Assembly (NCBI RefSeq): GCF_018350175.1
Contig: NC_058382.1
Span: 58,778,001-58,842,000 of the forward strand
Source of the DNA: Felis catus
Taxonomy: Eukaryota
DNA: 64,000 nt
Direction of reading: 5' to 3'
In this document: one piece after another, positions 1 through 11,990 of the stretch
Layout of the letters: each line of letters opens with the position of its first letter
Position numbering within the stretch: the stretch's first letter is position 1
Made by a program: the position numbers and the translations under genes
The notes under the pieces: generated by a model
What the model saw: only the letters and a program-made list of their open reading frames with translations
What the model was told of the DNA's origin: nothing
Database searches by the model: none

Positions 1-171
1 CCTCCCGTGCTGGGGCGCCGCCTGCCCAGCTCGGCAGGTGCGGGAACCGGCACGGGACGGACGCAGAGCTTGTCCCAGGCGCCCCGGGCTCAAACCAGGC
101 GGTCCGGCCCCAGGGTCCACGCACAGTCTCTCTGCGGCCAGCCTACAAGGTCATTCCCTTCGCTCTATTCC

Positions 172-373
172 TTTTAAGTTTATTTATTTGAGAGAGACAG
201 AGACGGTGCGAGCGGGGAAGAGGCAGAGAGAGAGGGGGAGAGAGAATCCCAAGCAGGCTCCACGCTGCCAGTGCAGGGCCTGACGCGGGGCTTGAACTCA
301 TGAAGCCGTGAGATCGCGACCCGAGCTGAAACCGAGAGTCGGGGGCTCACCCGACTGAGCCACCCGGGCGCCC
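172..373 (-). mobile_element. CAN-SINE (feliform SINEC), full length, with target-site duplication
   Basis: Reverse complement of the tRNA-like head (…ctgagccacccgggcgccc), (GA)n linker and T-rich tail; TSD gtcattcccttc at 150-161 and 374-385. Confidence 0.95.
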
Positions 374-1429
374 GTCATTCCCTTCTAGGGGGGATTTATC
401 CATCTATTTTCTCCTCTCAAATTAAAAAAACCAACACTTAATCTCTTAATGGAGGCTTACGGAATTCAAACGGGGCAGCTCTTTCCCGGAAATAGCGGAT
501 GATAAGGAAGAGAACAAGGACGATACGGACAAAGCACGACAGATTCATGACTGATGCCGCCCCTGGGGGAGGAGTCTATTCGAACCCAGCGACCCAGGGG
601 GCAGAGGCACGGCTCCCGTGGACGTGGACGGTTGCTCTGGGCGGCTTAGCAACAGACGGGAGCGCCTGCCTCAGCAGCGGGCGGCGACACCGTGTGGGGC
701 TGGGGCTTTCCACCTGCAGTCACGCTCTGCGGGGCCAAGCTGGTCCTGCCCCTTCGGCCCTGCACCAGCGCCGTGAGCACCCCAGCACCCCCCTCCCCCC
801 CAGGCCGGGCCTAACGGCAGCACCGTGGGGAGAGACACAACAGGTGAGTATTGTCACCTGGGGAGAGGGGCGGGTGGAATGGCCCTCTGCAAAGAGGGGA
901 CGGCGGATGCCTGCTCCGAGGCTCAGAGCGAGGGACGCCTGGCGTGAGGCTTTGGCCGCACATGCTATTGGCCCGTGTGCCCCAAGGGGCCGCCAGCAGG
1001 CGCTCCCAGGTGGGCCCCTGGCACGAGGTCTGTCAGGACGGGCGTCATGCTTAAAAGAGGCAGACAGACGTAGGGGGGCTCCCGGTTCTGTTGCCCTGCA
1101 GCCGCGTGACCGGGGCCTCCTCGTCCTCCTCCGTAAACGGGCACGTAGAGGCCCCCGGCCACTGGGTTGCCGGGTGGGCGCCAGGAGATGACCCCTCTCG
1201 AGCGCATCCCCCTGCCTGGCACCCAGCAGCCACGCCAGTCCGCGCCGGCCGGCATTGTAAGTGTCACGTGCCCGGAGGCCTGATCACAATCACCTCGCGC
1301 CACAGAAACGCAGAACTCCGGACAGGGCAGGGATGAGCAACCCCGGGCTCGGGCCTCGACCCTGGGGTAACTGGAGACAAAAGTGTGGGATCAGACTTGC
1401 AATCAAAGAGGGAGAGCGTTTGCAAACGA

Positions 1430-1800
1430 GCAGGTTACGGTTAACATAAACTTTGGAAACCATGAGGAAATTAAGGATATCACTTTAAATTAAATATCTT
1501 AAGTAGACATGTACTTTAAATGTGATAAGACAGCTATGGTACATTAAGTCAATGCCGATTGGTAATTAAAAGCGGGTTTCTCCAGGCTTAGCTGCCCGGG
1601 AGGAGAGATCAACGTCTTTGTACAGGAGCTGACAGTCGTCGGAAGTATGGTTTTAATCATCCCCGGCCCCACTTGCTCTCTGCTTGGCAATAATAATGAT
1701 TTGTTCTCGTAATGAAATAATATTCATTTACCGCAAACGCACTGCGCACACGGGGCACGATACCATCGGTGTCGCGCCCTGATTAGGACTCCGCTACACG
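1430..1800. promoter_or_regulatory. Candidate conserved non-coding element / enhancer
   Basis: AT-rich island with no recognisable repeat; TGATAA (1523), TAATTA (1563), TGACAG (1630), CGGAAGT (1640), TTGGCA (1684). Function inferred from motifs only. Confidence 0.45.
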
Positions 1801-1999
1801 ATGATTTCACGGAATTCCAGAATATCAGAGCGGCAGCGGGGGGAGGTCGATTCGGGTCCCGGCCCTTCATCCCTTCATTTCACACGTTTGACCAAGGGAT
1901 TGCGTGGTTCAGGTTGCACCTGGCCGGAGCTTCCGGGAGGTTCCAGGGAGAGCCGAGCAGGGGTGTTTCCGGGAAGCTGCTTGTCACGCTGTGTCCTCT

Positions 2000-2360
2000 C
2001 CCCTCCCCTCCCCCATCTCACTCTCTTGGTCCTTCCCCTTCCCACCCTCCCTCCCCATCCCTCTTCCTCTTCCTCTTCCTCTTCTCTTCTCCTCTCGCCC
2101 CTCCTCCTAAGCACCCCAACCCTTCCGCGCTGAATGCACGGAATGTTTTTTTCTCTGCGTCTCCGTTTCTCTGCCCAGTTCTCTCTTTCTCCTTCCGCCT
2201 TCTGTGCTGCTTGTCTCCGTCCATCCGTCTGCACGGGTGTGCACTTCTGTCCTTCTCTCTGTTTCCTTTTTGTCTCTCGTCTCCTCCCCCCTCCTCTCTC
2301 TCTCTCTCTCTCTCTCTTGCTCCCTGCACTTCTCTGTCCACCCCTCCAACCCCTCTCTTG
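2000..2360. repeat. Pyrimidine-rich low-complexity tract including (CT)n
   Basis: CT-rich sequence with a pure (CT)n run at about 2295-2316. Confidence 0.85.
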
Positions 2361-3519
2361 CTCGTCTCCGCCAGCCTGCCGTACCCTCTCGGGTGCCGTG
2401 CATCGCGCCCCAGACCCAGGAGCCCCCGTGTCCCCGTCACACTCTGCAGACCGCCAGTACGGAGCCCCGGACCCTGCAGACGCCTACGCGAACGCACGAG
2501 GTTCGGCCTGCAAATGAGAGAAACGCAGGCAGCCGTGGCCTTGGCTCTGGTCAACCCCTTCCAGGCCCACGGCGCACAGGCGCTCACTCTCGGGAGGGTA
2601 ACACGGGGAAGAAACAAGCCTGCGTGCTTTCACCAGCACGACTTTCTCTAGCGAAACCCCTGTCCGGCTTCCACCTGCCGCGAGCGGGGCTTGTCTCATT
2701 TTTATTATTGTCCCGAGGACAATCCACTCACAGACTTCAAAGGGAAGCACTAACGTTTCTGGAGACAACCCCCCCCCTCCACGCAGCACTGGGGGGTCTG
2801 ACAACAAGGCGTGTCCCCCACGGTGCCGGCCTCGGGTCTGTGACTCCCGGGCAGAGTCCCCGGGCCGCTGCCCTCCGTTTCGGAACGCGCGGCAGTTTCA
2901 GAGACCCGCCGGGCTTGAGGAAGGGCTGACCTTCCCCGGAGCGGGGCTGCATTCTCCTTCGGGGCAACCTTCACTCGGTGCAAATTATTTGAGTGGCTTA
3001 TGGTCTCTGCTCCTCCAAATTCCTGAACGGAAGTGCTTCACCTCTGTAATTAAAATCCGAGGAGACCCAGAACGCTGCCGCGTCTCTGTCTGCTCCCCGT
3101 GAGAACAACTGAACGTCTGCTAATATCGATGGCTCCCAAAGTCTCCACCTCATGCAGACCAGGCCCAAGGTCCCCGCACAGCCACGGTCCCTGTTCACAT
3201 CCCGCTCCCTCCCCACACTCACTGACCAGATCACCGAAACTTTCGTCGTCGTCGTCGTCCCTCTGTCCCCAGTCTGAGCCCCGTATGCACACGTGGCACC
3301 TGGGCCACATACACCGATGACCGAGAGCCCAAACGAGATGAGTCTGTTCACTCAACAACCAGGAAGTGTTTGCGAATCACCTGCCCCATGCGTAGCACTG
3401 TGCGGGGCCGGACTTCCGGCCCTGGGTCTGCCGCTGGCCAGCTGAGGGGGCTTCAGCAGGGGCTGGTCCTGTTCCCCAGGGACACAGCAGTGAAAAAGGA
3501 GTAAGTGAATGAATATAGG

Positions 3520-3935
3520 TAGGTAGGAAGGAAGGGAGGGAGGGAGGAGGGAGGGAGGGAAGGAAAGAGGGAAGGAAGGAAGGGAGGGAGGAGGGGGGAA
3601 GGAAGAAGGAAGAAGGAAGGGAAGAGGGAGGAAGGGGGGAAGGGAGGAAGGGGGAAGGAAGAGGGAGGGAGGGAGGGAGGGCGGAAGGAAGAAGGAAGAA
3701 AGAAGGGAGGATGGAGGGAGGAAGGGGAAAGTAAGGAAGGAAGGGAGGGAGGGAGGAGGGAGGGAGGGAGGAAGGGGGGAAGGAAGAGGGAGGGAGGGAG
3801 GAAGGGGGGAAGGAAGAGGGAGGGAGGGAGGAAGGGGGGAAGGAAGAGGGAGGGAGGGAGGGAGGAAGGGCGGAAGGAAGAAGGAAGAAGGAAGGGAGGA
3901 CGGAGGGAGGGAAGAAGGAAGGGAGGAGGGAGGAA
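3520..3935. repeat. Polypurine (GGGA/GGAA) low-complexity repeat with 30-bp sub-repeats
   Basis: About 415 bp almost entirely A/G; unit aggaagagggagggagggaggaagggggga repeated at 3781 and 3811. Confidence 0.95.
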
Positions 3936-4544
3936 TGGGGGCCAAGGCACGTGCTAGGCCACCCTGCCACGGGCACCCAGCAGCCAGGCCTGAGTCCCAG
4001 TGTGGCGGCCATCAGTTCTGGACTGGCCTCAGAGAGAATTAATTGCAGGGGTGGAGAGGGGCAGGAAAGGAGGGACGGTCGCACGACCTGGCCACGCTGC
4101 TCCGCGGGGGCCTGCGGATGACCCTTGCAGCTGTCCGGAGAGGCCCGCCCACCACCAAACTCCCAGTGGCCAAGTGACAAAGTGGGGGGGGGGGATGTCT
4201 GTGGTTGGAAGGTCCGAGTCTTTGATCTCCTCTGCAACAGCCACCAGGAAGGAGGGGAGGGAGACAGAGGCCCGAAGCAGCCTGGGCCCCGCCCGCTCCC
4301 TTAGCGGGTGGGTTTCTGCCCTTTCAGTGCCGGGCGCTTGCCTGACAGACTCAAAGGGGCCTGGCTGCCCAGGCCGTGGTGCGTTCAGACTGGCAAACCC
4401 CGCGAGTACAGGCACTTTTCCTGGCGTGCTCCCGATACCCAGGAAAAGAGTGTGGCTCACAGCAGGTGCTCCGGAAACACGCGCTGACCAGGGACAGAGG
4501 AGCGCAGGAGCAAGCAGGGTCCCTCTTGGGGGGTTTCGGCCCGT

Positions 4545-4645
4545 CTGCCTCCTGAAATCACCTGGGCACTTACTGCAAATGTTTTCCTTTCTAAAAGCTC
4601 CCCATGTGGCTGTAACAATGCAGCCAAGAGTGAGCGAGCGCCTAT
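4545..4645. mobile_element. MER5-like hAT MITE fragment
   Basis: gaaatcacctgggcactt…aaaagctccccatgtggctgtaacaatgcagccaagagtgag resembles MER5A/B as I recall it. Confidence 0.5.
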
Positions 4646-4663
4646 GCCCTGGGGAAACCCACC

Positions 4664-4872
4664 TTTCTTTTTTTAAGTCTATTTATTTTTAGAGCGAGAC
4701 AAAGACAGTGCAAGCAGGGGAGGGGCGGAGAGAGAGGGCGAGAGAATCCCAAGCAGGCTCCTCACTGTCAGCGCAGGGCCCAACACGGGGCTTGAACTCA
4801 TGAAACCGGGAGATCACGACCCGAGCTGAAACCGAGAGTCAGACGCGAACCCACTTGACCACTCGGGCGCCC
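4664..4872 (-). mobile_element. CAN-SINE, full length
   Basis: T-rich tail, gagagaatcccaagcaggctcc, head ending …ccactcgggcgccc. Confidence 0.93.
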
Positions 4873-4899
4873 GGAGACGTCCGTCTTTAAAAGCCCGTC

Positions 4900-5230
4900 A
4901 CCAACCCACAGCGGCACTGCTAGGGTGTACGGGTGGTAGAACTTTCCAGAAGGACGGTTCAGCAGTGTGGTCATTCGCGCGTGTGTATTTCCAGGCGCAG
5001 ATCCTTGGGACGTAATTAAGGTGTGGGCAGATAAGACCGCGGACATGGCCAGCAAAGCCTTCTGTGATGGACCGAAAAGCTGGAGCCAGCCTGAAAGTCG
5101 AACAACATAGGAAAATGCCGCTTTCGTCGTCTGGAATGTCACGTGCTATGAAATGTAGTCTGAGGACGAGTCTTTACGGACATGAAGAGTCCAGCACACA
5201 CTGGGACATATGCACACAGGGCAGCCTGGT
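4900..5230 (+). mobile_element. Ancient L1M 3' fragment, GC-shifted
   Basis: …aaaagctggagccagcctgaaagtcgaacaacataggaaaatg… resembles the L1M ORF2-end/3'UTR motif; heavily diverged. Confidence 0.5.
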
Positions 5231-5359
5231 TCTAGCATGCCAGATGCATGAGGGACACCCCCTGGAACGGGACCGAACCAGAAGCTTCCCAGCTATGCAG
5301 TAGGGGAAGTGTGCACAGAGCGGGCTGGCACTCCAGCTGTGGAAAGAGCCCTTCCAACT

Positions 5360-5890
5360 GGACACCACCGGGCTTCCCTGGGCACGTTTGGGTACCACGG
5401 GAAACATCAGACATCACTGGGCATTACTAAGAAATGCTGGATGTCACGGGCATCCTTGGGAATCGGTGGGCATTACTGGACACTACTGGATATCACTTCA
5501 CATTACTGGGCGTTGCTGAACATTGTTGGGCATCACTGGGCATCTTTGGGCATCACTGGGCATCTTTGAGCATCACTGGGCATCTTTGAGAAGCACTGGA
5601 CATCACTGACCATCACTGGGCATCTTTGGGCATCACTGGGCATCTTTGGGCATCACTGGGCATCACTGACCATCACTGGGCATCTTTGGGCATCACTGGG
5701 CATCTTTGGGCATCACTGGGCATCACTGACCATCACTGGGCATCTTTGGGCATCACTGGGCATCTTTGGGCATCACTGGGCATCTTTGAGAAGCACTGGG
5801 CATCTTTGAGAAGCACTGGACATCACTGGGCATCACTGGGCATCACTAGATATAACTGGACATCTTCGGGCATCACTGGACATCATCAGG
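5360..5890. repeat. 10-bp minisatellite (catcactggg/catctttggg) with 60-bp higher-order repeat
   Basis: About 37 units in the homogeneous core 5521-5890; 5641-5700 is identical to 5701-5760; degenerate left flank. Confidence 0.97.
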
Positions 5891-6414
5891 CTTTGTGTCA
5901 TTGATGACGCACATCATGGCTGTGGGAAGATCTGCCAAGGTGGAAGGAATTTATTGGTCCAGCTTTGGTTTATCGATAGAGCTGGGCTATTGACACTCAC
6001 GGTCAGCAGTAATGGGGAAGGGGGGTGTAGGTTACGGAAAGGGGTATTTGCAGAAAACGGGATCAGAAGTGGTGGTGGTTCTAGACAAATCCTGCCCCCA
6101 GGTCTCCACAGAGACAAGCTTGCTAAGACGGAGCGGGACTGTCCGGCATGGCCTCAGGGGCCGCAGGGACAGGGAGAAATTTCCTACTGCAATTTCTGGG
6201 ATGATTTGGAATTGACTTAGTAGCTTGTCCCATTGCTTTGATGGATCTTTCTTTACTTTTAAGCATAATTAAGTTTTATATCCCACCTGGGCCCCCAAAT
6301 AATTTAACACATCTTTTAAAACAAAGCCAAACGGAAACCAAGATAATTGACAAACTCCTACGGAACAAAGCCAGTGAGAGGGAGCAACAGGGGATACTAG
6401 GCATCATAGGTACC

Positions 6415-6720
6415 TTCATTAATTCATCATAAAACACGATCCACCGTGCACGTGCTGGGCCCTGGTTCGAGGAAGAAAGTCAAGATGAAAAGCACACGTG
6501 TCCTGCTCGCAAGAAGCTTATAATTTGGAGCACAGAGTAAACACTTGTGCAAAATAACTCCGATGTCACAGTATGGAAGGTGAGGGTAGTGTCACCTACT
6601 TCATGCTAGGTGGGAAGAGAGGGGGCGATTCATGACGTCAGCTGGTAATGGAATTTTTACTGAGCTTCCTGGAAGCCCAAGGAAAAGGTGGAATAGGTTG
6701 ATTTATGTGCGTTTCACTGG
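6415..6720 (-). mobile_element. L2 LINE 3' fragment
   Basis: ttcattaattcatc tail, then gtcctgctcgcaagaagcttataatt; typical antisense L2 end. Confidence 0.55.
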
Positions 6721-7844
6721 GCAAAGAAAAAGACTAACTTTAAGAAATTGCATCGACTGGTTTGTTCATGGAATTAATCCAATACTCCGGTGGGAAAAAA
6801 GTGACGTTTTCATCCCGACTTTGAGAATTATCCCCAGTAAATTAGTAAGTGACAAGGCAAGGTGAAGAACAATATGGACACAACAGTCCTAATTTGTAAA
6901 GAAAACACAAAACAAGAGGCTTTGAACAACTACAGGAAAATTCAGAATATTTCCCAGTCTGCCAACGGTATGGAGTGAGGCGAGACATGCCTTGCTTTTT
7001 ATTTGTAATCATCTATATTGGCTGCATTTGTCAAAGCAAGCGTCTATTCCTTTCCTAATTAAAAAAAAAAAAGAGCGGTGGGGAGGGGGGGATGTAGCGG
7101 AATGTAGATAAAAGGAAGAAAGCTACGCCCAGGAAATTGCTCACAGCAGAGGCTGGTTTAGGTAGGGGTGAGCCACCCCGAGCAGAGCTTCAGGCTGAGC
7201 ACAGTCAAGTGCTCCTCACCCCTGCACAACCCTGCAGCAGACGAGGCTCTGGGGAGGGGCCGCCGCCCTCCGCAACAGCCCCGCCCCTCAGAGCAGACCC
7301 ACTTTGACGCTGGGTTGTTTTTTTTTTACTTATTTATTTTTAACGAAAACAAACAAACAGAGTAGAAGAGATACCCAGAGGCCGCCGGTCTCCTTAAGGT
7401 CCTCCGCAGACCTGGTCCCCCTTCCCTGTCCCCCCGTCCCGAGGCACAGATCAAGATCTCTAGCTGCGGTCACGCAGGGTAGCAGGGGCTTAAGTGAACA
7501 GCAATTAAGGTGGTTTCCTGCGATAAACGCCCCAATCTTCACGGAAATCTGCGTGCTCTCAGCTTTCTGGTCTGTTCGTGCTGGGGCTCTGCAGACCGAG
7601 TCGTGTCAGAGGTCACTGCGTCCCTCCGTGAAGATCTGGCCAGGGAGGGGGTCCCTCGCTCTCAGAGGTACCGGTGGCCCAGGTGGGACGGAGCCCCTGG
7701 ACGGGGTGGAGGGATTGGCTAACTCCGTCTCCTCATCAATAAGAGGGACAATAATTTCTGCTGAGGCCTGGGGGCGGGGGGCTGGCTCTGACGCGAGAAC
7801 GCCAGTTGAACTGTTAGGAAGGAACGTGCCCTGCGAAGTAAGGA

Positions 7845-8030
7845 GTTAGCAAACGGTTAAGAGCCTGGACACCCGCATCTGGCAAATCTGGATTTAAATC
7901 TGAATCAGGACACTGTCTAGACGACCTTAGGACGACCTTAGCTGACTGCTGAGCCTCGGTTCCCTCACCTGTAAAATGGGCGCACGCCGTAACACCCACA
8001 GACCGCACAGACGGTATTCTCACGATGACT
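7845..8030 (+). mobile_element. MIR SINE
   Basis: ggttaagagcctggac…tgagcctcggttccctcacctgtaaaatggg core. Confidence 0.85.
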
Positions 8031-8174
8031 TCCGAGCTCCCCGTTCGAACCGCGAGCGCTTCTCCCTCACCTCTGTTTTCCTCTCTCTTTTCTCCAAGAC
8101 CCACCCCACCATCCGGCACGCCGGGTATCTGTTTGCGTCTTCTCCCTTCCCCACCCACCACCAAGTCCACCACG

Positions 8175-8260
8175 AGGTCCCCTGGGGGCTGCGGGTCTCT
8201 GTCTTACTCTCTGCTCTGAATACAGTGTCTAGCACACAGTAGGTGCTCAAGGGATGCTGG
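8175..8260 (+). mobile_element. L2 3' terminus
   Basis: cagtgtctagcacacagtaggtgctcaag. Confidence 0.7.
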
Positions 8261-8426
8261 TCAAGGAAACAAAATGTCAGCTACGGAATGCCATTGCCGT
8301 CGGTAACGCATACGCGCCACAATTGGGAAACTCATCTGCAGGAAGTTACGTTGATACACTTAACGTACTTCGTTTGAAAAGTTCTTCATTTTATTCAAAA
8401 ATGCTAAAAAAAATTTTAAAAAACTG

Positions 8427-8565
8427 TTTTTAACATTTATTTATTTTTTGAGAGATGGCGTGTGAACAGGGGAGGGGCTGAGAGAGAGGGAGACCCAGAA
8501 TCCGAGGCAGGCTCCGGGCTCCGAGCCCTCGGCACGGAGCCCGACGCGGGGCTCGAACCCACGAA
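8427..8565 (-). mobile_element. CAN-SINE, 5'-truncated
   Basis: Tail and body up to gggctcgaacccacgaa; A-box head absent. Confidence 0.9.
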
Positions 8566-9643
8566 GCCTTTGGGGCTCCAGCTAACTGACGGGTGGCTTA
8601 GTCCCTCCGCACCTTCGACTGTGATCACAGCCCTGGGGCGGAATTTTTCTCTGTGCTTGCAAAGAACTGAGCTCCATAAGGTGTGCACGTCAGTGGTAGG
8701 GAGGAGTCCCCTCGGTCTCGGGAAACGCCGGCCCCCCAAACATCCCCGTTGTCCGTGCCAGGCTGGGGATCTGAGCGGAACATCTGCCGTACAAAGCAGC
8801 TGGCCCAGAAGTTTCCTCTGGCGAGGACCCGCGCTCAGGTTTCTGGGGACGATGTCTGTGCACCGGGTGGACCCCAGAAAGCGGGACACGGGAGGAGGCC
8901 GGGGGATGGCGGCCGCCGGGAACCGGCCCGGCGTGTTTAATGCTGGAGAGGAACACAGCCAAGGCTGGATTCTGGAAAAGGTTCTGATCAGTTTGAGCCA
9001 CCCCCGCCCTCGCCCTTCCAATGTTCCTTTCGAGGACAGTAACGCATGGAGGAAAGGACGGGCCGTTTCAGTGCAGGGTGCGGGTGACAGCTGCACACGG
9101 CCGCGTGTCAGCTGAACCCGACTCCCTCCCGCCCGGCGTGCCAGCATCTGGTGCGGCTCCCTCGCTTACCTGCGCTGCGGTTTCCATGTTCATGATAAAG
9201 TCATGTGTTACTTTTAAAACGCAATAATGGTAGAACCAACCTAGTTAGGCACCGAAACCAGAACCTCGCGGAAAAGAGAGTTTTCTGTTTTGGAAATCGG
9301 ATTTTTACTAAATCAGATTTGCAGCAGGTTAGAAGCGAGGCACCGACGTCTGCGTCTTAATCGGTTTCAGCGACCTTGTGCCACAAACACAAGGCTCTTT
9401 GGGAAACAGATTCCAGCAGAGAGGAAGACGGCTGTGACCCCCCGGAGTGAAGGAGCCAGGGCTTCGAGATGCTGCTTCTTACACGCCTCCTCTCTTGATT
9501 TTCTCATCTTTAAGATGGGGACAAAAATATCCAATTGTCTCGCACAATTCCAGAGACGTGGGTAAGAACACAGCACTCAGGTGGGCTGCCAGGAGCCAGA
9601 ATGTCCGTGCAGCCAGCCTGGTTAGCATACGCGTCTTCAAAGC

Positions 9644-9852
9644 TTTATTTATTTCATGTTTGGGAGAGACGGACACAGCGCGAGTGATGGAGGGGCGGAG
9701 AAAGAGGGAGAGAGAGCATTCCCAGCAGGCTCCAGGCCGGGAGCTGTCAGCACAGAGCCCGACGTGGGGCTCGCACCCTCGCCCCGTGAGATCGTGACCT
9801 GAGCCGAGACTAAGCGTGAGACGCTTAGCGAACTGAGCCGTCCAGGCGTCCC
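9644..9852 (-). mobile_element. CAN-SINE, full length, diverged
   Basis: gctgtcagcacagagcccgacgtggggctcg…ctgagccgtccaggcgtccc. Confidence 0.92.
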
Positions 9853-9935
9853 AAGTGTTAATATTTCCAGTATTTTTGAGTCCACCCAGGAAAATGTGAT
9901 TTCCTCAGTGAAGCAAGAGTCAGGCCCATAGTCTC

Positions 9936-9956
9936 GGGGGGGGGGGGGGGGGGGGG
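9936..9956. repeat. Poly-G run (21 nt)
   Basis: Direct reading. Confidence 0.95.
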
Positions 9957-11834
9957 AGACGGTCCTTGTCTTTAGCTTCAAGACCGGCTCCACCGCCCAG
10001 CCCCGCAGTTTGCTTTTCTCTGCAAGTGACACTCTTCTCCCCGGGGGCCACCGTGACTTTCTGCGGTACGGCTGCCCTCGGCCGTTCCCACCGCGGCACA
10101 CGCGCCCTGCACACGGGGCCACCAGCCGCCCGGGCACACGCCTCTCAGCTGCCTGAGGCTCCCGCACCGGATGCCTCTTGTCAGGTTCAGCCGCACAACA
10201 CGGACGTTACTGTAGGTCCGAAGCTCAGATGCTGGCAGAGTCACGCTTCCCACACAGGCGTGTGAGGCGAGGACCGCGTGCTCCCGGAAGGTACTCGGTT
10301 GGGACGCAGTTTGGTGCCGGGTTTCTCAGCTTACTCCGCGGCCCTCGGCACGTGCCCTAGCCTCTCTGTGTCCCCGTCTCCTCATCTGGGCAGCGCTGAG
10401 GTCCCGGGGGTGGCAGCGTGACCAGCCCCGTGGGCCGGGGACAAGCCCAGGCGAGGGTGCTGACGCCCTGCCAGACGTCTGCAGCTCCGGAGGCCGGGAA
10501 GGGCGGCCGATGGGGGTCTCCCTCACCGTGCCTCGCGGCCACCCGTCCCGGCTCCGGAAAAGCCCAAGTCGAGGGTCCCTGGCTACGCCCAGAGGTGACT
10601 CAAGCGCCTGGCTTTCCACGAGGATTGAAGGTGAACTCCTGGAAGAAGCTGATCTGGTGCCGGGCGTGAGAACAGTCGCGTCTCCGCACGACAGAAACGC
10701 CCATCCTGGAGAGTCTCACCTTGTGCGGGAGGCCAGACCCTCGCCGACGGGAGGAGGGTCTCAGGCGTCTCTGGAGTTGACCTGCACTGTGTTTTTGGAC
10801 AACGTGGTGTTTTTCCCCTCAGTCAACGTATCTCCAGCATTTTCAGCTCCGAGGGCCGTGTCTTTCGGCGGCTTCAACACTTGGGCTCTAATTTGTACAA
10901 TAAAACAAAAACAATCCCTCCCGAGGGACCCGGCTTGTCCCCCGGAGTCAAGGGGGCTTTCGAGGGCGCACAAGGACGTCCTCCACAAACAAACAAACAA
11001 AGCAGCCTCCTTCCTGCCGGCTCTCCTTCCGACAAAGCACAAAGCACGTTGGCAGGCCAGGCCTCCCTGGCGGGGGCTGCTTATCTACACCCCCACTCCC
11101 ACCCGTCCGGGTCTCGGGTCCCGGCCGGGGTTTGCCTGGACTTCGGCGGGGGGCAGACTGTGAGCAGACAAGCATCTCGGGTACCCCTCCCCTCCGTGGC
11201 CCTGCGCGGGGCGCCCGAATCCCAGGCAGGACTCCCGCACGCGATACCCTCCCTGGGCATCGCCCGGGTCTGCTGGCTTCTGCTCCCCGCATCTTCATGC
11301 ACCAGGCAGAGCAAAACCTGGTGGACGGGCAGGAAAGAGACTGAGGCTTTTCTAAAAACGATAATCATAAAATTCCTTCTGCTGTGAGAACCAGGAGGCT
11401 GTATTTGCAGAGCAGATTCCCCAAACCCTGCCGTGCCCCCCCCCAAGCACTGGCAAAGGCTCCATGAGCTCGGACGCAGAATTTGCCAGGCTCGGGGGCT
11501 CTGGCCTGGAGCCTCTGGCCTCCTGGCTTCTTGAGGCCAAAGTGGGCGGAACATTGGGATGGCCATTTTTCCTGAGTGACCAGGCCGGATGAAGCCTTCC
11601 CCTCAAGGACAATGACCCTCACCCCTGCCCCCTCCCCAGCTGAATCTGCCTTTTTGAGCAAGAATAACCAGGTAGGAATGAGGAGAGAATGTGAAGGGGG
11701 CTTTCCAAAGGGTCCCCCAAAGCAAGAAGGAGCAACCCTTGTCCCCCGGAGGCCTTGGGAAGTCTTTACAAAAGGAAACGGGGGGCCCCCACTAACCAGG
11801 GCCGTGGGGGTGCCGCCTGCCTTCAGTTCCTATG

Positions 11835-11990
11835 TCAATGCTGAGACAAGAGCTTTCAGTCCCATTTCACAGATGGGGAAACAGCCCGGAAAGCTGGGCG
11901 GCTTCCCCGTGACGTCCACAAACCCATTTCACAGATGGGGAAACTGAGCCCAGAGAGCTGGGCGGCTTCCCCGTGATGTCCCTGCAGTCA
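11835..11990 (-). mobile_element. MIR core with internal 62-bp tandem duplication
   Basis: cccatttcacagatggggaaac…gctgggcggcttccccgtga(c/t)gtcc occurs at 11861 and 11923. Confidence 0.85.

Noticed and set aside
3352..4237. Pro/Ser/Leu-rich ORFs
   Set aside because: Translations of the polypurine tract; the same applies to ORFs over 1875-2929.
5626..5904. GITGHLWASL repeat ORF
   Set aside because: Translation of the 10-bp minisatellite.
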